Position numbers and translations under genes: made by a program
Source: an uncultured Planctomycetota bacterium
GTDB lineage: Bacteria; Planctomycetota; PLA2; JAEUHO01
Assembly (NCBI GenBank): GCA_963752285.1
Contig: CAVVXN010000002.1
Span: 545,729-609,728 of the forward strand
Direction of reading: 5' to 3'
DNA: 64,000 nucleotides
Part shown: positions 43,406 to 53,693 of the stretch, piece by piece
How positions within the stretch are numbered: position 1 is the stretch's first letter
How the letters are laid out: each line of letters begins with the position of its first letter
The notes under the pieces: generated by a model
Databases searched by the model: none
Told to the model about the DNA's origin: nothing
Seen by the model: only the letters and a program-made list of their open reading frames with translations

Positions 43406-43461
43406 CCCGTCCGCGCCTCGCCCACTCGGGCCGAGGCGTTGCCCGAAGAAGGGAGCTCCGA

Positions 43462-43494
43462 AGCGTAGCGGGTCAACATGAAGTCAACATGAAG
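43462..43494 (-). promoter_or_regulatory. OmpR-type direct-repeat operator plus -10 (minus strand)
   Basis: CTTCATG-TTGA-CTTCATG-N9-TACGCT; perfect 11-bp tandem repeat. Confidence 0.7.
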
Positions 43495-43605
43495 CCGGTC
43501 GCCCACGAAACGCGTGCACATGATTCGTCCTGGCGCGCTCCAACACGACGTGGTGGAGCGCCGTAGACGAGCGATGCGGTCAGTCGGCTCGGAGCCAAGA
43601 ACGCG

Positions 43606-44829
43606 ATGGGCGACGGGGCGAGCACGGGCGCGGTGTCGTACGCCGGAGCGGGAGGACACCGACGGAGGTGGCGCCTCCGCGTCCCCGGCGATCGACACCT
43701 GGCACGAGCGGCCTGCACCGCGTGGGTCGTCTACATCGTGGTCCTCGGCGTGGTCGTCGCGATCTCGCTCGCACGGGACCCGACGTACCGGATCGCGTCG
43801 CACGTCTACCGGCACGCGAGCCTGGCGTGGTGGCAGCGGGCCGACATGTACCTGCCGTTCAACGACCGCGGCTTCCTCTACCTTCCCCAGTCCGCCATCC
43901 TCTACACGCCCTTCACCTGGGGGTCGCTCACCCTCGGCGAGCTGCTGCTGCGGGCCGTCACCGGGGTGCTCTTCACGATCGGTCTGGCGTGCGTGGCCGC
44001 CCTCGGTGACCGCCGCCGGTTCGGGGCGCGGTTCCTCCTCTTCACGTTGGTCTGCCTGCCGCTCGCCGGCCAGAGCGACCGGGAAGGGCAGCTCAACTCG
44101 TTGATGACGGCGTTCATGCTGCTGGGGACGGCGGCGCTGGGCACCCGGCGGTGGACGTCGGCGGCCGTGGCCCTCGTCCTCGCCCTCGCCGTGAAGCCCC
44201 TGGCCGTCGTTCTGCTCTTGCTCGCGGTGGCGTCCCATCCGCGCGCGATGCTCGTCCGGGTCGGCGTGGGCCTCGCGGTGCTCTTCCTCGTGCCCTATGC
44301 GGTTGCGCCTGCGTCCTACGCCACCACGCAGTACGCCCACTTCGCGCACAAGATCGCCGTCGCGAACGCGCCACCGACCTCCTACTACGACATCCGCGGA
44401 CTTCTCGAGACGGGCTTCGCTCTCCACCTCGCGCCGTCCGCGCTCACGGCCATGCGCGGGATCGCCGCGATCGTCACCCTCGCGCTGTCCCTCCACGTGG
44501 CGCGACGGCCCGACCTCACCAGAGTTGCGCTCGTGACGTACGCCCTCGCCGTCTGCTACCTCACCCTCTTCAACCCGAAGACCGAGGGGCCGACCTACGT
44601 GCTGCTCGCGCCTGCCTTCGGCATCTTCCTCGTCCGGGCCCTCCTCGATCGCCGTGACGTCCTCCTCGGAGCGACGTTCGTCGCGATGGCGTACGCCTGT
44701 GCGCTGAGCTACGAGATCTGGGGGAGCCGGCAGTACTGGTTTCGTCCCGCGGTGGCCCTGCTCTTCACCGGGATCGTCGCGGCGTCCGCGCTCGCCCGGC
44801 GCGCGCCGCCCCGGTCCGCCCCGACGTGA
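43606..44829 (+). CDS. GT87/DUF2029-like membrane glycosyltransferase
   Basis: FLYLP..AILY.PF, EGQLN, LALAVKP, many TM helices; start uncertain. Confidence 0.78.
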   Translation: MGDGASTGAVSYAGAGGHRRRWRLRVPGDRHLARAACTAWVVYIVVLGVVVAISLARDPTYRIASHVYRHASLAWWQRADMYLPFNDRGFLYLPQSAILYTPFTWGSLTLGELLLRAVTGVLFTIGLACVAALGDRRRFGARFLLFTLVCLPLAGQSDREGQLNSLMTAFMLLGTAALGTRRWTSAAVALVLALAVKPLAVVLLLLAVASHPRAMLVRVGVGLAVLFLVPYAVAPASYATTQYAHFAHKIAVANAPPTSYYDIRGLLETGFALHLAPSALTAMRGIAAIVTLALSLHVARRPDLTRVALVTYALAVCYLTLFNPKTEGPTYVLLAPAFGIFLVRALLDRRDVLLGATFVAMAYACALSYEIWGSRQYWFRPAVALLFTGIVAASALARRAPPRSAPT

Positions 44830-44883
44830 TCGATCCCCCCGCCACGGGAGCCGGCGATGGCCCGTCTCCGGACCGGCGGGCCA

Positions 44884-44916
44884 CTTCATGCCGACTTCAT
44901 GTCGCTTCCCTACGAT
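44884..44916 (+). promoter_or_regulatory. OmpR-type direct-repeat operator plus -10
   Basis: CTTCATG-CCGA-CTTCATG-N9-TACGAT. Confidence 0.7.
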
Positions 44917-45128
44917 TCGGCCCTCGACGCGCCGCCGGCCGAATGTCCCGGCGGTGCCGCGAGTCGAGTGGCGAACGCGTGCCGGCGTCCGGCCGGCCAG
45001 TCGAGCGATGTTGGGAGCGTGACTCCGGGCGTGCGCGTACACGATCCGTGGAGGAGGCTCGGCGGGTGATGCGGACCCGACCCGGCCCGACCTCGGGCGT
45101 GCCCGCGTCCGCCCCCGGCGGAGGGCCC

Positions 45129-46535
45129 ATGACGCAGACGATGCCGGTCCTCGTGCTGTGCCTGGCCGCCGGGACCGGATGCCAACACTACCGACCGCTC
45201 CCGCTCGACGACGCCGGCGTGGAGCGCGGGCTGGCGAGCCCCTCGCCGTCCGAGCTCCGCGTGCGGGCGGCGACGCTGGTTCACCCGCTGCTTCCGGCCG
45301 TCGCCCTCGACGAGCGGGACGGCCTCTCGCCGGACGAGGCCGGGGTCCTCGCCGTGCTCTTGAACCCCGGGCTCCGAGCCCAGCGCGACCGACGCGCCGT
45401 GGCCCGCGCCCAGGTCCTCGATGCCGGGCTGCTGCCCAACCCCACGCTCGACACGAGCTTCGACGTCCCGTCCTTCGGGCTCACCGAGGACACGACCACC
45501 GCGTTCGGCACCGGCCTCTCGATGGACCTGAAGGAGCTGGTCACGCGCGGTGCGAGGCGCCAGCAGGCCGGCGCGTCCGCGCGCTCGGTCGATCTCGAGA
45601 TCGCGTGGGCGGAGTGGCAGGCCGCGGGCGCCGCGAAGGGCGAGGTCTGGAAGGTCATCGGCACGGAAGGCCGGGTCGTGTTGGCGCGGGGGGTCGAGAA
45701 GACGCTTCGGGGGAACCTGGAGGTCGTCCAGAAGGCCGTGGACGCCCACCAGCTCACGGGGCTCGACCTCGCCGCCGCCCGGGCGGCCTTCCACGAGGCC
45801 ACGGCCACGCGCCTCGAGCTTGAGCGGACGGCGCGCGACGAGAGGCTCTCGCTGAACCGCGCGCTCGGTCTCCCCGCGACTGCGCGGCTCACGCTCGGGA
45901 GCGTGGACACGCTCCCCGAGCGCCTCGACCTCCCGCCCGAAGCAGCGCTGCTCTCCGGGCTCGAGCGCCGGCGCCTCGACCTCGTCGCCCTGCGCCTCGG
46001 CTACGAGAGCCAGGAGGCGGCGGTGCGGGCCGCCGTCCTCGCGCAGTTCCCGGCCGTCAGCTTCGGCTTGAACGGAGCCCGGGACACCGGGCGCGTCGGC
46101 ACGGTGGGCGTCGGGCTCACCATCGAGCTCCCCCTCTTCGATCGCAACCAGGCGGCGATCGCCTCCGAGCGCGCCACGCGGAAGATGCTCTACGACGAGT
46201 ACGTCGCGCGGGTCTTCGAGACGCGGAGCGACCTCGCCCAGCTCGAGAACGCCGCGGTCTCGCTCGCCGGGCAGATCGCGGCCGCGAAGGCCGCGGAGCC
46301 GGGCCTTCGGGACCTCGTCCAGACCTACCGCGCGGCGCTCGACCGTGGCCAGGCGGACGTGCTGAGCTACTACACGGCCGTCAGCGATCTCGCGCGGAAG
46401 CAGATCGACGTGCTGGCGCTGCGGCAGGAGCTCGGGGAGACCCAGGTGGCGCTGGAGCTGGCCACGGGCCTCTACCGTCTCCCCGCGACCGGCCTCCCCG
46501 CCGCGCCCGCGGCGCCGAAGGAGGCGCCGAAGTGA
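45129..46535 (+). CDS. TolC-family outer membrane efflux protein
   Basis: Lipoprotein-like start; NPGLRA..GLLPNP; ELPLFDRNQ. Confidence 0.9.
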   Translation: MTQTMPVLVLCLAAGTGCQHYRPLPLDDAGVERGLASPSPSELRVRAATLVHPLLPAVALDERDGLSPDEAGVLAVLLNPGLRAQRDRRAVARAQVLDAGLLPNPTLDTSFDVPSFGLTEDTTTAFGTGLSMDLKELVTRGARRQQAGASARSVDLEIAWAEWQAAGAAKGEVWKVIGTEGRVVLARGVEKTLRGNLEVVQKAVDAHQLTGLDLAAARAAFHEATATRLELERTARDERLSLNRALGLPATARLTLGSVDTLPERLDLPPEAALLSGLERRRLDLVALRLGYESQEAAVRAAVLAQFPAVSFGLNGARDTGRVGTVGVGLTIELPLFDRNQAAIASERATRKMLYDEYVARVFETRSDLAQLENAAVSLAGQIAAAKAAEPGLRDLVQTYRAALDRGQADVLSYYTAVSDLARKQIDVLALRQELGETQVALELATGLYRLPATGLPAAPAAPKEAPK

Positions 46536-47689
46536 GCGGTCGCGCGCTCTGGGTCGTGCTCGTCGTCTTCGCCGCGGCCGCGGTGGGCGCCTGGGCCGGC
46601 GCCCGCTACGGCACACGCGGCCGCTCGTCGAGGTCGAGCCCGACGACGTTCCAGGGCGCCGACCCCGGCGGCGCGGACGCCGCCTCGGCGCCGGCCCCGG
46701 CCGCCGCGGGCGCCACCGACGCGGCGCGGGTCGTCGCGCGCGTGAAGGTGGTGAAGATCGAGCGCGGCACCCTCCAAGAGGACGTCGAAGCCTACGGCAC
46801 CGTGGTCGCCGCGCTCGGGGAGACGACCGCCGTCAGCGTGCCGTACGAATGCCGCGTGCGGAAGGTGCTCGTGGCCGGTGGGCAGGTCGTGGCGAAGGGC
46901 GCCCCCCTCGTGGAGCTCGAGCCGAGCCCCGACGCCGCGCTCGAGCTCGAGCAGGCGACGGGCGAGCGGGACGCGGCGCAGGCGGCGCGCGGCCTCGTCC
47001 AGCAGCGACTCGAGATGAAGCTCGCCACGCGCGAGGACGTGCTGACCGCGCAGCAGGCGCTTCGCACGGCGGAGCGGAAGCTCGAGAGCCTCAAGAAGCG
47101 GGGGATCGACGGCGTCGTCACGCTCCCTTCCCCAGAGGACGCGGTCGTGAACGATCTCCGGGCCGAGCCCGGCGGGATCGTCGGCGCCGGCGCGCCGCTG
47201 CTCACGGAGGTGGGGGAGGACCGGATCCTCGTCCGGCTGGGGATCGAGGCCGAGGACGTCCGGGGGCTCCACCGGGACCAGGAGGTGCGGCTCGACCCCG
47301 TCGACGCGCCCGGGAACCAGACGGTGAAGGGGACGATCCGCCTGATCACGCGACGCGTGGACCCCGCCACGCGCCTCGTGGACGTTTTCGTCGCCCCCGC
47401 GGCCGGCGCGCGTCTCCTGCTCAACGCCTACGTCCGCGGGACGCTGACGGTAGAGGTCGCGGAGGGCTTGATCGTTCCCCGCGCGGCGGTCCGTCCGGTG
47501 GAGGGCACGCCGGTGCTCTTCACGGTTCGGGACGGGAAGGCGGTGCGGCACGAGGTCGCGACCGGCATCGCCACGTCCGACCGGATCCAGGTCCTCTCCG
47601 ACGCGCTCCAGGTGGGGGACGAGGTCGTCGTCGAGGGCAACGCCGAGCTCCAGGACGGCATGCCGGTGGAGCCGGAGCCCGCCCGATGA
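46532..47689 (+). CDS. RND periplasmic adaptor (MFP)
   Basis: V..GQVVAKG.PL, VDPATR, IVPRAAV, GDEVVVEG. Confidence 0.9.
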   Translation: MSGRALWVVLVVFAAAAVGAWAGARYGTRGRSSRSSPTTFQGADPGGADAASAPAPAAAGATDAARVVARVKVVKIERGTLQEDVEAYGTVVAALGETTAVSVPYECRVRKVLVAGGQVVAKGAPLVELEPSPDAALELEQATGERDAAQAARGLVQQRLEMKLATREDVLTAQQALRTAERKLESLKKRGIDGVVTLPSPEDAVVNDLRAEPGGIVGAGAPLLTEVGEDRILVRLGIEAEDVRGLHRDQEVRLDPVDAPGNQTVKGTIRLITRRVDPATRLVDVFVAPAAGARLLLNAYVRGTLTVEVAEGLIVPRAAVRPVEGTPVLFTVRDGKAVRHEVATGIATSDRIQVLSDALQVGDEVVVEGNAELQDGMPVEPEPAR

Positions 47690-50600
47690 GGTTCACGGAC
47701 TGGGTGCAGCACCACCACCGGTCGATCCTCTTCCTCCTCTCCATCCTCGGCATCGGCGGTCTCGCGAGCAGCCTGTCCTTGCCCGTGAGCCTCTTCCCGA
47801 AGGTCGACTTCCCGCGGGTCGTGGTCGAGCTCGACGCCGGCGATCGCCCGGCCGAGCGGATGGCCATCGAGGTGACGTGGCCGATCGAGGAGGCCGTGCG
47901 GGCCGTGCCGGGCGTTCGGAGCGTCCGATCGGCCACGAGTCGCGGAAGCTCGGAGATCTCGATCAACTTCGACTGGGGCGTCGACATGGTCGCCGGGATG
48001 CTCCAGGTGGAGTCGGCCGTCGGCCAGGCGATGGCCTCCGTCCCCGCCGGGGTCTCCTTCGACGTCCGCCGGATGGACCCGACGGTCTTCCCCGTCCTCG
48101 GCTACAGCCTGGTCTCCGACCAGGAGTCGCTCTCGAGCCTCCGCGACATCGCGCTCTACCAGGTGCGCCCCGTGCTCTCGACGGTGACGGGGGTCGCGCG
48201 CGTGGAGGTCCAGGGCGGGGCGGTCGAGGAGTACCGCGTCACCGTCGATCCCGCGCGCCTCGACTCGTACGGTCTCACCTTGGCCGACGTCGCCGACGCG
48301 CTCTCCGCCTCGAACGTGATCATGGCGGTCGGGAGGATGGAAGAGAACGCGCGCCTCTACCTCGTGCTCGCCGACACCCAGTTCGCGAGCTTCGAGCAGG
48401 TCGGCGACACCGTCCTCCGCACGGGAAAGGACGGCCTGGTCCGGCTCTCCGACATCGCGACGGTGAGCCGGGGAATCGAGCCGCAATGGACGCGCGTGAC
48501 CGCCGACGGACACGACGCGGTGCTCTTCCAGGTCTACCAGCAGCCGGGCAGCAACACCGTCGCGATCGCCGACGAGGCGCGCGCCAAGCTCGACGTCATC
48601 GAGAAGACGCTGCCCAAGGACGTGCGCGTCGCGAACTGGTACGACCAGAGCGAGCTGATCTTGACCTCGGCAGACACCACGCGCGACATGGTGGTCGTCG
48701 GCGTGGTCCTCGCGGCGCTGATCCTCCTCCTCTTTCTCCGGAACCTCCGGGTCACCTTCATCGCGGCGATCACGGTGCCGATGGTGCTCGCCGCCACGGT
48801 GCTGCTGCTGAGCGTCCTCGGCATGAGCTTCAACATCATGACGCTGGGGGGGATGGCGGCCGCGGTCGGCCTGATCATCGACGACGCGATCGTGATGATC
48901 GAGCACGTGATCCGGCGCGTGCGAGGCATGCGCGGCGACCACCGAGGAGGGGTGATGACGGCGGCGGCCGAGTTCACGCGCCCACTGGCGGGGTCGTCGG
49001 CCTCCACGATCGTCATCTTCGCGCCCCTCGCCTTCCTCTCCGGTGTGACGGGCGCGTTCTTCAAGGCCCTGTCCCTCACGATGGCGGCGAGCCTCGTCAT
49101 CTCCTTTCTGACCGCCTGGCTCGCCGTGCCGATCCTCGCGCTCCACCTGCTCCGGCCGAAGGACACCGAACAGGAGGAGGCGGGCGCGATCACGCGCTTC
49201 TTCCACCGGGCCTACGGAGGCATCCTGCGGATCGCTCTGCGCTTCCCCGTGCTGATCCTCCTCCTCGTCGTCCCCCTCGCGTACTTCGGGTGGACCTCGT
49301 ACGGCGCGGTCGGGACGGGCTTCATGCCTCCCATGGACGAGGGCGGGTTCATCATCGACACGCTCTCCGCCCCCGGGACGAGCCTGGACGAGACGGATCG
49401 GATGGTCCGCCAGATCGGGGACATCCTCCGTCACACCCCGGAGGTCGCGACCTACTCGCGGCGGACGGGCCTCCAGCTCGGCGGCGCACTGACCGAGGCG
49501 AACAACGGCGACTTCTTCGTTCGCCTGAAGCCGACGCCGCGCCGGGGGATCGAGGAGGTGATGGACGACGTCCGGGCGCGCATCGAGCGATCGATCCCCG
49601 GCCTCGACATCGAGATGGCCCAGTTGATGGAGGACTTGATCGGCGACCTGACGGCCGTCCCCCAGCCGATCGAGATCAAGCTCTTCTCGGACGACGGGAA
49701 GCTGCTCTCCGACCTCGCCCCGAAGGTCGCGGACGCGATCGGGAGCGTGCCGGGCGTCGTCGACGTCTTCGACGGCGTCGTGGTGGCAGGGGACGCGCTC
49801 GAGATCCGGGTCGACCGGACGAAGGCGGCACTCGAAGACATGAAGCCCGACGACATCACGTCGGCGCTCGGGAGCTTCCTCGACGGGGTGGTGACGACCT
49901 CCATCCGCAAGGGGCCGAAGATGGTCGGCGTGCGGGTGTGGATCCCGCGGGAGGCGCGAGGCCGGCGGGACGAGATCGCACGCCTCCGCATCCGTGCGCC
50001 GGACGGACACGTCTTCCCCCTCTCCCGCGTCGCGACGATCCAGGTTCTGACCGGGCAGCCCGAGATCATGCGGGAGGACCTGAAGCGCATGGTGGCCGTC
50101 ACGGGGCGCATCACGGGGCGGGACCTCGGCTCCACCGTCCGGGACGTGAAGGCCGTCCTCGACCGCCCCGGCCTGCTGCCCCCGGGCGTCTACTACCGGC
50201 TCGGCGGTCTCTACGCGCAGCAGCAGATCGCCTTTCGCGGCCTGCTGACGGTGTTCGTCGCCGCGGTCCTCCTGGTCTTCGTCCTCCTCCTCTTCCTCTA
50301 CGAGAGCTACCGGGTGGCGCTCTCCATGATGGTCACGACCCTGCTGGCCGTGGCGGCCGTCTTCACGGGTCTCCTCCTGACCGGGACCGATCTGGACATC
50401 ACCGCGATGATGGGCATGACCATGGTCGTCGGCATCGTCACCGAGGTCTCGATCTTCTACTTCTCGGAGCACCAGACCCTGGACCCCGATCTCCCCGCGT
50501 TCGATCGGCTGATCCGGGCCGGGACGAACCGGATGCGCCCCATCGCGATGACGACCTTCGCCGCGATCCTCGCGCTGCTTCCGCTCGCGCTCGGTCTCGG

Positions 50601-50742
50601 CCGCGGTGCGGCGATGCTCCGACCGCTCGCGATCGCCATCATCTCGGGCCTCGTCGTGCAGCTTCCCCTCGTGCTGACCGTGCTGCCGGGCTTGATGGCC
50701 GCCCTGCGCGCCGGCCGCAGGGCGCCGCGCCCGCAGGCCTGA
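47686..50742 (+). CDS. RND efflux permease
   Basis: LPVSLFP, GLIIDDAIVMIE, RMRPIAMTT, PLAIAIISG. Confidence 0.93.
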   Translation: MRFTDWVQHHHRSILFLLSILGIGGLASSLSLPVSLFPKVDFPRVVVELDAGDRPAERMAIEVTWPIEEAVRAVPGVRSVRSATSRGSSEISINFDWGVDMVAGMLQVESAVGQAMASVPAGVSFDVRRMDPTVFPVLGYSLVSDQESLSSLRDIALYQVRPVLSTVTGVARVEVQGGAVEEYRVTVDPARLDSYGLTLADVADALSASNVIMAVGRMEENARLYLVLADTQFASFEQVGDTVLRTGKDGLVRLSDIATVSRGIEPQWTRVTADGHDAVLFQVYQQPGSNTVAIADEARAKLDVIEKTLPKDVRVANWYDQSELILTSADTTRDMVVVGVVLAALILLLFLRNLRVTFIAAITVPMVLAATVLLLSVLGMSFNIMTLGGMAAAVGLIIDDAIVMIEHVIRRVRGMRGDHRGGVMTAAAEFTRPLAGSSASTIVIFAPLAFLSGVTGAFFKALSLTMAASLVISFLTAWLAVPILALHLLRPKDTEQEEAGAITRFFHRAYGGILRIALRFPVLILLLVVPLAYFGWTSYGAVGTGFMPPMDEGGFIIDTLSAPGTSLDETDRMVRQIGDILRHTPEVATYSRRTGLQLGGALTEANNGDFFVRLKPTPRRGIEEVMDDVRARIERSIPGLDIEMAQLMEDLIGDLTAVPQPIEIKLFSDDGKLLSDLAPKVADAIGSVPGVVDVFDGVVVAGDALEIRVDRTKAALEDMKPDDITSALGSFLDGVVTTSIRKGPKMVGVRVWIPREARGRRDEIARLRIRAPDGHVFPLSRVATIQVLTGQPEIMREDLKRMVAVTGRITGRDLGSTVRDVKAVLDRPGLLPPGVYYRLGGLYAQQQIAFRGLLTVFVAAVLLVFVLLLFLYESYRVALSMMVTTLLAVAAVFTGLLLTGTDLDITAMMGMTMVVGIVTEVSIFYFSEHQTLDPDLPAFDRLIRAGTNRMRPIAMTTFAAILALLPLALGLGRGAAMLRPLAIAIISGLVVQLPLVLTVLPGLMAALRAGRRAPRPQA

Positions 50743-50784
50743 CGTCAAGACCGCGCCGCGGAGGCGGGGCGGGCAGCGAGCGTG

Positions 50785-50817
50785 GTTCATCCTGGCTTCA
50801 GGCAGCGAGGGTAGGTT
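50785..50817 (+). promoter_or_regulatory. OmpR-type direct-repeat operator plus -10
   Basis: GTTCATC-CTGG-CTTCAGG-N9-TAGGTT. Confidence 0.6.
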
Positions 50818-50879
50818 CCGGGGCGATCGCGCGGTGGGCTTGGGACGAGCGGCTCGAAGCCCCCGGAAAGGAGCGAGGG

Positions 50880-51746
50880 ATGCACGTACGTCGGGTGACA
50901 GCCGGGATGGGATGGCTCGGGGCGTTGGCGTTCGCACTGATCGGTTGTGGCCGGTCCCCGACCCGGAACCCGGCTGCGCCGCCCGGTGCGGTGAGCGAGA
51001 CCCGCCCGGGGAACGGCGCGAGCGCGACCGCGGCGAAGGGTCCGCGCACGGTCCCGGCGCCGATGCTGGACGTTCGGGAGGCCGCTCGGTTCGAGACGAT
51101 GGCCCGGGCGACGATCACGGCGATCGACGACGGCAATCGGGCCGAGGTCGTGGCCCACATCACCGCGCTCGAGGGCGCCTGGGACGCCAAGGAGGATCTG
51201 CTCCGGCCCAAGGGACCGGCGACCTGGCGGGTGCTGGACGTGATCCTGGACCGGGCCATCGCGGCCCTCCGCGGCAGCCGGACGAACCTCCCGCGGGGCC
51301 GCGCCGCGCTCGAGGAGCTGATCGCCGGGCTGGATCGGGCGTCCCTGGGTCTCGAGCCCGACCCGGGAGCGCCCCCCGCGCTTCCTGCGGCCCCCGTGGC
51401 CGCAGCCACAAAACCCGCTGCCGCATACACCGCGACCGAGACGGCCCCGTTCGTGGCGTTGGCGCGGGAGACGATCGAGCTGCTCGAGGCCAAGGAGACG
51501 CCTCGGGCCGTGGCCAGGCTCACCGACCTGGAGGCCGCCTGGGACGCCCGCGAAGCCGCGCTCCGACCCCGGGATCCGGCCACCTGGACCCTTTTGGACG
51601 ACACGCTGGACCGGGCCATCGGCGCGCTACGGAGCACGGACGCGAAGGACCTTCCGGCGGGGACGGCCGCCCTGAGGGACCTGCTGCGCGGGCTGGACCA
51701 GGCCACGATCCCGGCGAGCTCGCGACCGGGCGCGCCGGGCCGTTGA
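50880..51746 (+). CDS. Lipoprotein with two tandem helical repeat domains
   Basis: LIGC lipobox; two copies of T.LE.AWDA.E..LRP..PATW..LD..LDRAI.ALR. Confidence 0.8.
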   Translation: MHVRRVTAGMGWLGALAFALIGCGRSPTRNPAAPPGAVSETRPGNGASATAAKGPRTVPAPMLDVREAARFETMARATITAIDDGNRAEVVAHITALEGAWDAKEDLLRPKGPATWRVLDVILDRAIAALRGSRTNLPRGRAALEELIAGLDRASLGLEPDPGAPPALPAAPVAAATKPAAAYTATETAPFVALARETIELLEAKETPRAVARLTDLEAAWDAREAALRPRDPATWTLLDDTLDRAIGALRSTDAKDLPAGTAALRDLLRGLDQATIPASSRPGAPGR

Positions 51747-51794
51747 GAGGGGAGGACCCTCTCCTTCCCGCACGCGCAGCATTGCCTTCGCGGG

Positions 51795-52436
51795 CTACCG
51801 GCGCCTCGTTTCGTTCCGGCGGCTTGCCGGCCTCGTGAGATCGAGCGTCCGGGTCGCGATTCGCCGTCGGTTCGCGGAGGTCGCTCGGGACGAGGGACCG
51901 AGGGGCCGAGAGACGGGGTTCGTCCCCGGGACGAGCGTCTCGACGAACGACGCCACCGCGCGGCGGCTCCGGAGGACGACGACCCGGCCCCCACGCGAGG
52001 CGAAGCTCGCCAGCGCCGTGAGGACGAGAGGACGGCTGTGGCGGGAAAAACCCCAGATCCAGCGGAGGAACTCGAGATCCAAGCATTCCGGGCACCCCGC
52101 GGCGAGATCGCGCCGGACGCGGCCCCGCCCGCGGAGCCAGCGCGTGAGCACGCCGCGGTAGCAGGCGAGGCGACCGAAGTCGAGGAACACGGCGGTGTCG
52201 GCGCGCGCGAAGCGGAGGTGCAGCGTGCCTCCGTAGTTCCCGTCGGCGATCCAGGCGTCCCCGGTCAGGAGGTCCGCCTGGATCCGCTCCCACGCCTCGC
52301 CCGGGGTGGGGACCCAGCCGGGTCGCCAGTAGTGCACGTCGAGATGCACGACGGGAAGCCCGAGCCGCCGGCCCATCTCCCGCGCGAGCCGGGACTTCCC
52401 GGCACCACCGCATCCGAGGACCGCCACGCGTTGCAT
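51795..52436 (-). CDS. FlaR/adenylate-kinase-like P-loop protein
   Basis: GCGGAGKS, HLD..YW.PGW, WIADGNY, GCPE. Confidence 0.88.
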   Translation of the reverse strand: MQRVAVLGCGGAGKSRLAREMGRRLGLPVVHLDVHYWRPGWVPTPGEAWERIQADLLTGDAWIADGNYGGTLHLRFARADTAVFLDFGRLACYRGVLTRWLRGRGRVRRDLAAGCPECLDLEFLRWIWGFSRHSRPLVLTALASFASRGGRVVVLRSRRAVASFVETLVPGTNPVSRPLGPSSRATSANRRRIATRTLDLTRPASRRNETRRR

Positions 52437-52611
52437 GCGACCGGCATGAAACACCCGCCGAAGCCCTCGTCGCCGACTTCGCCCGGAGATCCCCTGATGT
52501 GGCCGCCGCCATCAGCCATGGACGCGGCCCCGCCATCGGTTGCCCACGAGCCGGCGCAAACGCTTGCGGCGGAACGGGAAGGGCGATGTACTTGGGGCTT
52601 CGGGTCGGTCC

Positions 52612-52695
52612 GGGCGAGTGGCGGAACTGGTATACGCAGGGGACTTAAAATCCCCGGGCCGCGAGGCCATGCGGGTTCGACTCCCGCCTCGCCCA
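52612..52695 (+). tRNA. tRNA-Leu (anticodon TAA)
   Basis: Acceptor GGGCGAG/CTCGCCC, anticodon arm GGGGA-CTTAAAA-TCCCC, long variable arm, T-arm GCGGG-TTCGACT-CCCGC; CCA not encoded. Confidence 0.97.
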
Positions 52696-53009
52696 TCGCT
52701 CCAGGTCACGTGTCCCGTGCGACCTCGAGAGATCGAGAATGCACGCATACGGCGCGGTCGATTGGGCCCCCTGGCGATCTGGCTCCGGTGTCCGCCTGTG
52801 ACGTACGACGATCGGACGACCCGCGCACGGCGCACGCACGACGGTGACCCGACGACACGCCACCCCGCGCTCGGGGGCCCAGGCGGCACGGTCCTCGCCC
52901 GGGAATGGGCCCGGGAGCCCCCCGGGATTTCACCCGGACTCCTCGGAGTGGACCTCGATGCCCGTGCCCAGACTCTGCGCCTTCGGATCCGTCCTCCGCC
53001 GTCGTCTCC

Positions 53010-53150
53010 CCGCGAGAGCCGCCCGTTCCAGTTCGATCCCGTGACCGCCTTCGCGACGGCGCTATCGACGTGTACGGCTGCCCCTCGTACTCGAAGCCGT
53101 CCTCGAGTACGCGCACGCGGACCTCGTGGCCCTTGTACTCGCGCGTCAAC
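53010..53150 (-). pseudogene. DUF2924-like fragment
   Basis: LTREYKGHEVRVRVLEDGFEYEG..Y.S / SAVAKAVTGSNWNG with frameshift. Confidence 0.75.
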
Positions 53151-53255
53151 CCGAGGATCCCGCCCGAGGAGCTCCTGGTCGCGCGCCGCGACAAGGGCGA
53201 GCTCATGTTCTCGCAGGAGCACCGGGCCCGGTTCGTCAACGCGGGCGCCGGGTCG
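53148..53255 (+). pseudogene. Possible phage terminase large-subunit fragment
   Basis: NPRIPPEEL..ARR..GELMFSQEH.A.FV resembles the F.QEY.A.F motif. Confidence 0.4.
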
Positions 53256-53369
53256 CGGTCCGGACCGGCCTCGGGCCGTCTGACGGACGCCACCTGCTCA
53301 GCCCTGCGCAGGACGGAGTCGGCGGGGTGCCGAAGACCGCCACCGACTACCGGGGGCCCGCCCCGTGAG

Positions 53370-53693
53370 TTACCGGCGTGTCCTTCGTGCGGGCACGCCC
53401 GGCGGCCGTCGAGAGGCCTTCCGCCGGCGCCGCGGCGGCGCGTGGGGGACCATCCGCAGGAGCGGCCGACCGCTCCCGTCGTCCAGCTGGGTCTCGTGGA
53501 CCGCGGCGTAGAGGAGATCCTCCTCCACGCTGCAGGCCCGTTCGAACGCCGCCTCGGCATCGACGCGGAGGCCCCAGCCGCGGCATTGGATGCGACCGTT
53601 GGGCAGCACGATCACCGCGACGTGCGAGGCGAATGGGCCGTGGAAGCGACCCACGGGTTGACCCTCGTACATGGCGACGACGCGGTGCGGCAT
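53370..53693 (-). CDS. Hypothetical protein
   Basis: 107-aa ORF with ATG and upstream GAGGG. Confidence 0.45.
   Translation of the reverse strand: MPHRVVAMYEGQPVGRFHGPFASHVAVIVLPNGRIQCRGWGLRVDAEAAFERACSVEEDLLYAAVHETQLDDGSGRPLLRMVPHAPPRRRRKASRRPPGVPARRTRR

Noticed and set aside
52612..52695. bldA-like regulatory role of tRNA-Leu(TAA)
   Set aside because: TTA codon distribution was not counted; no evidence from this window
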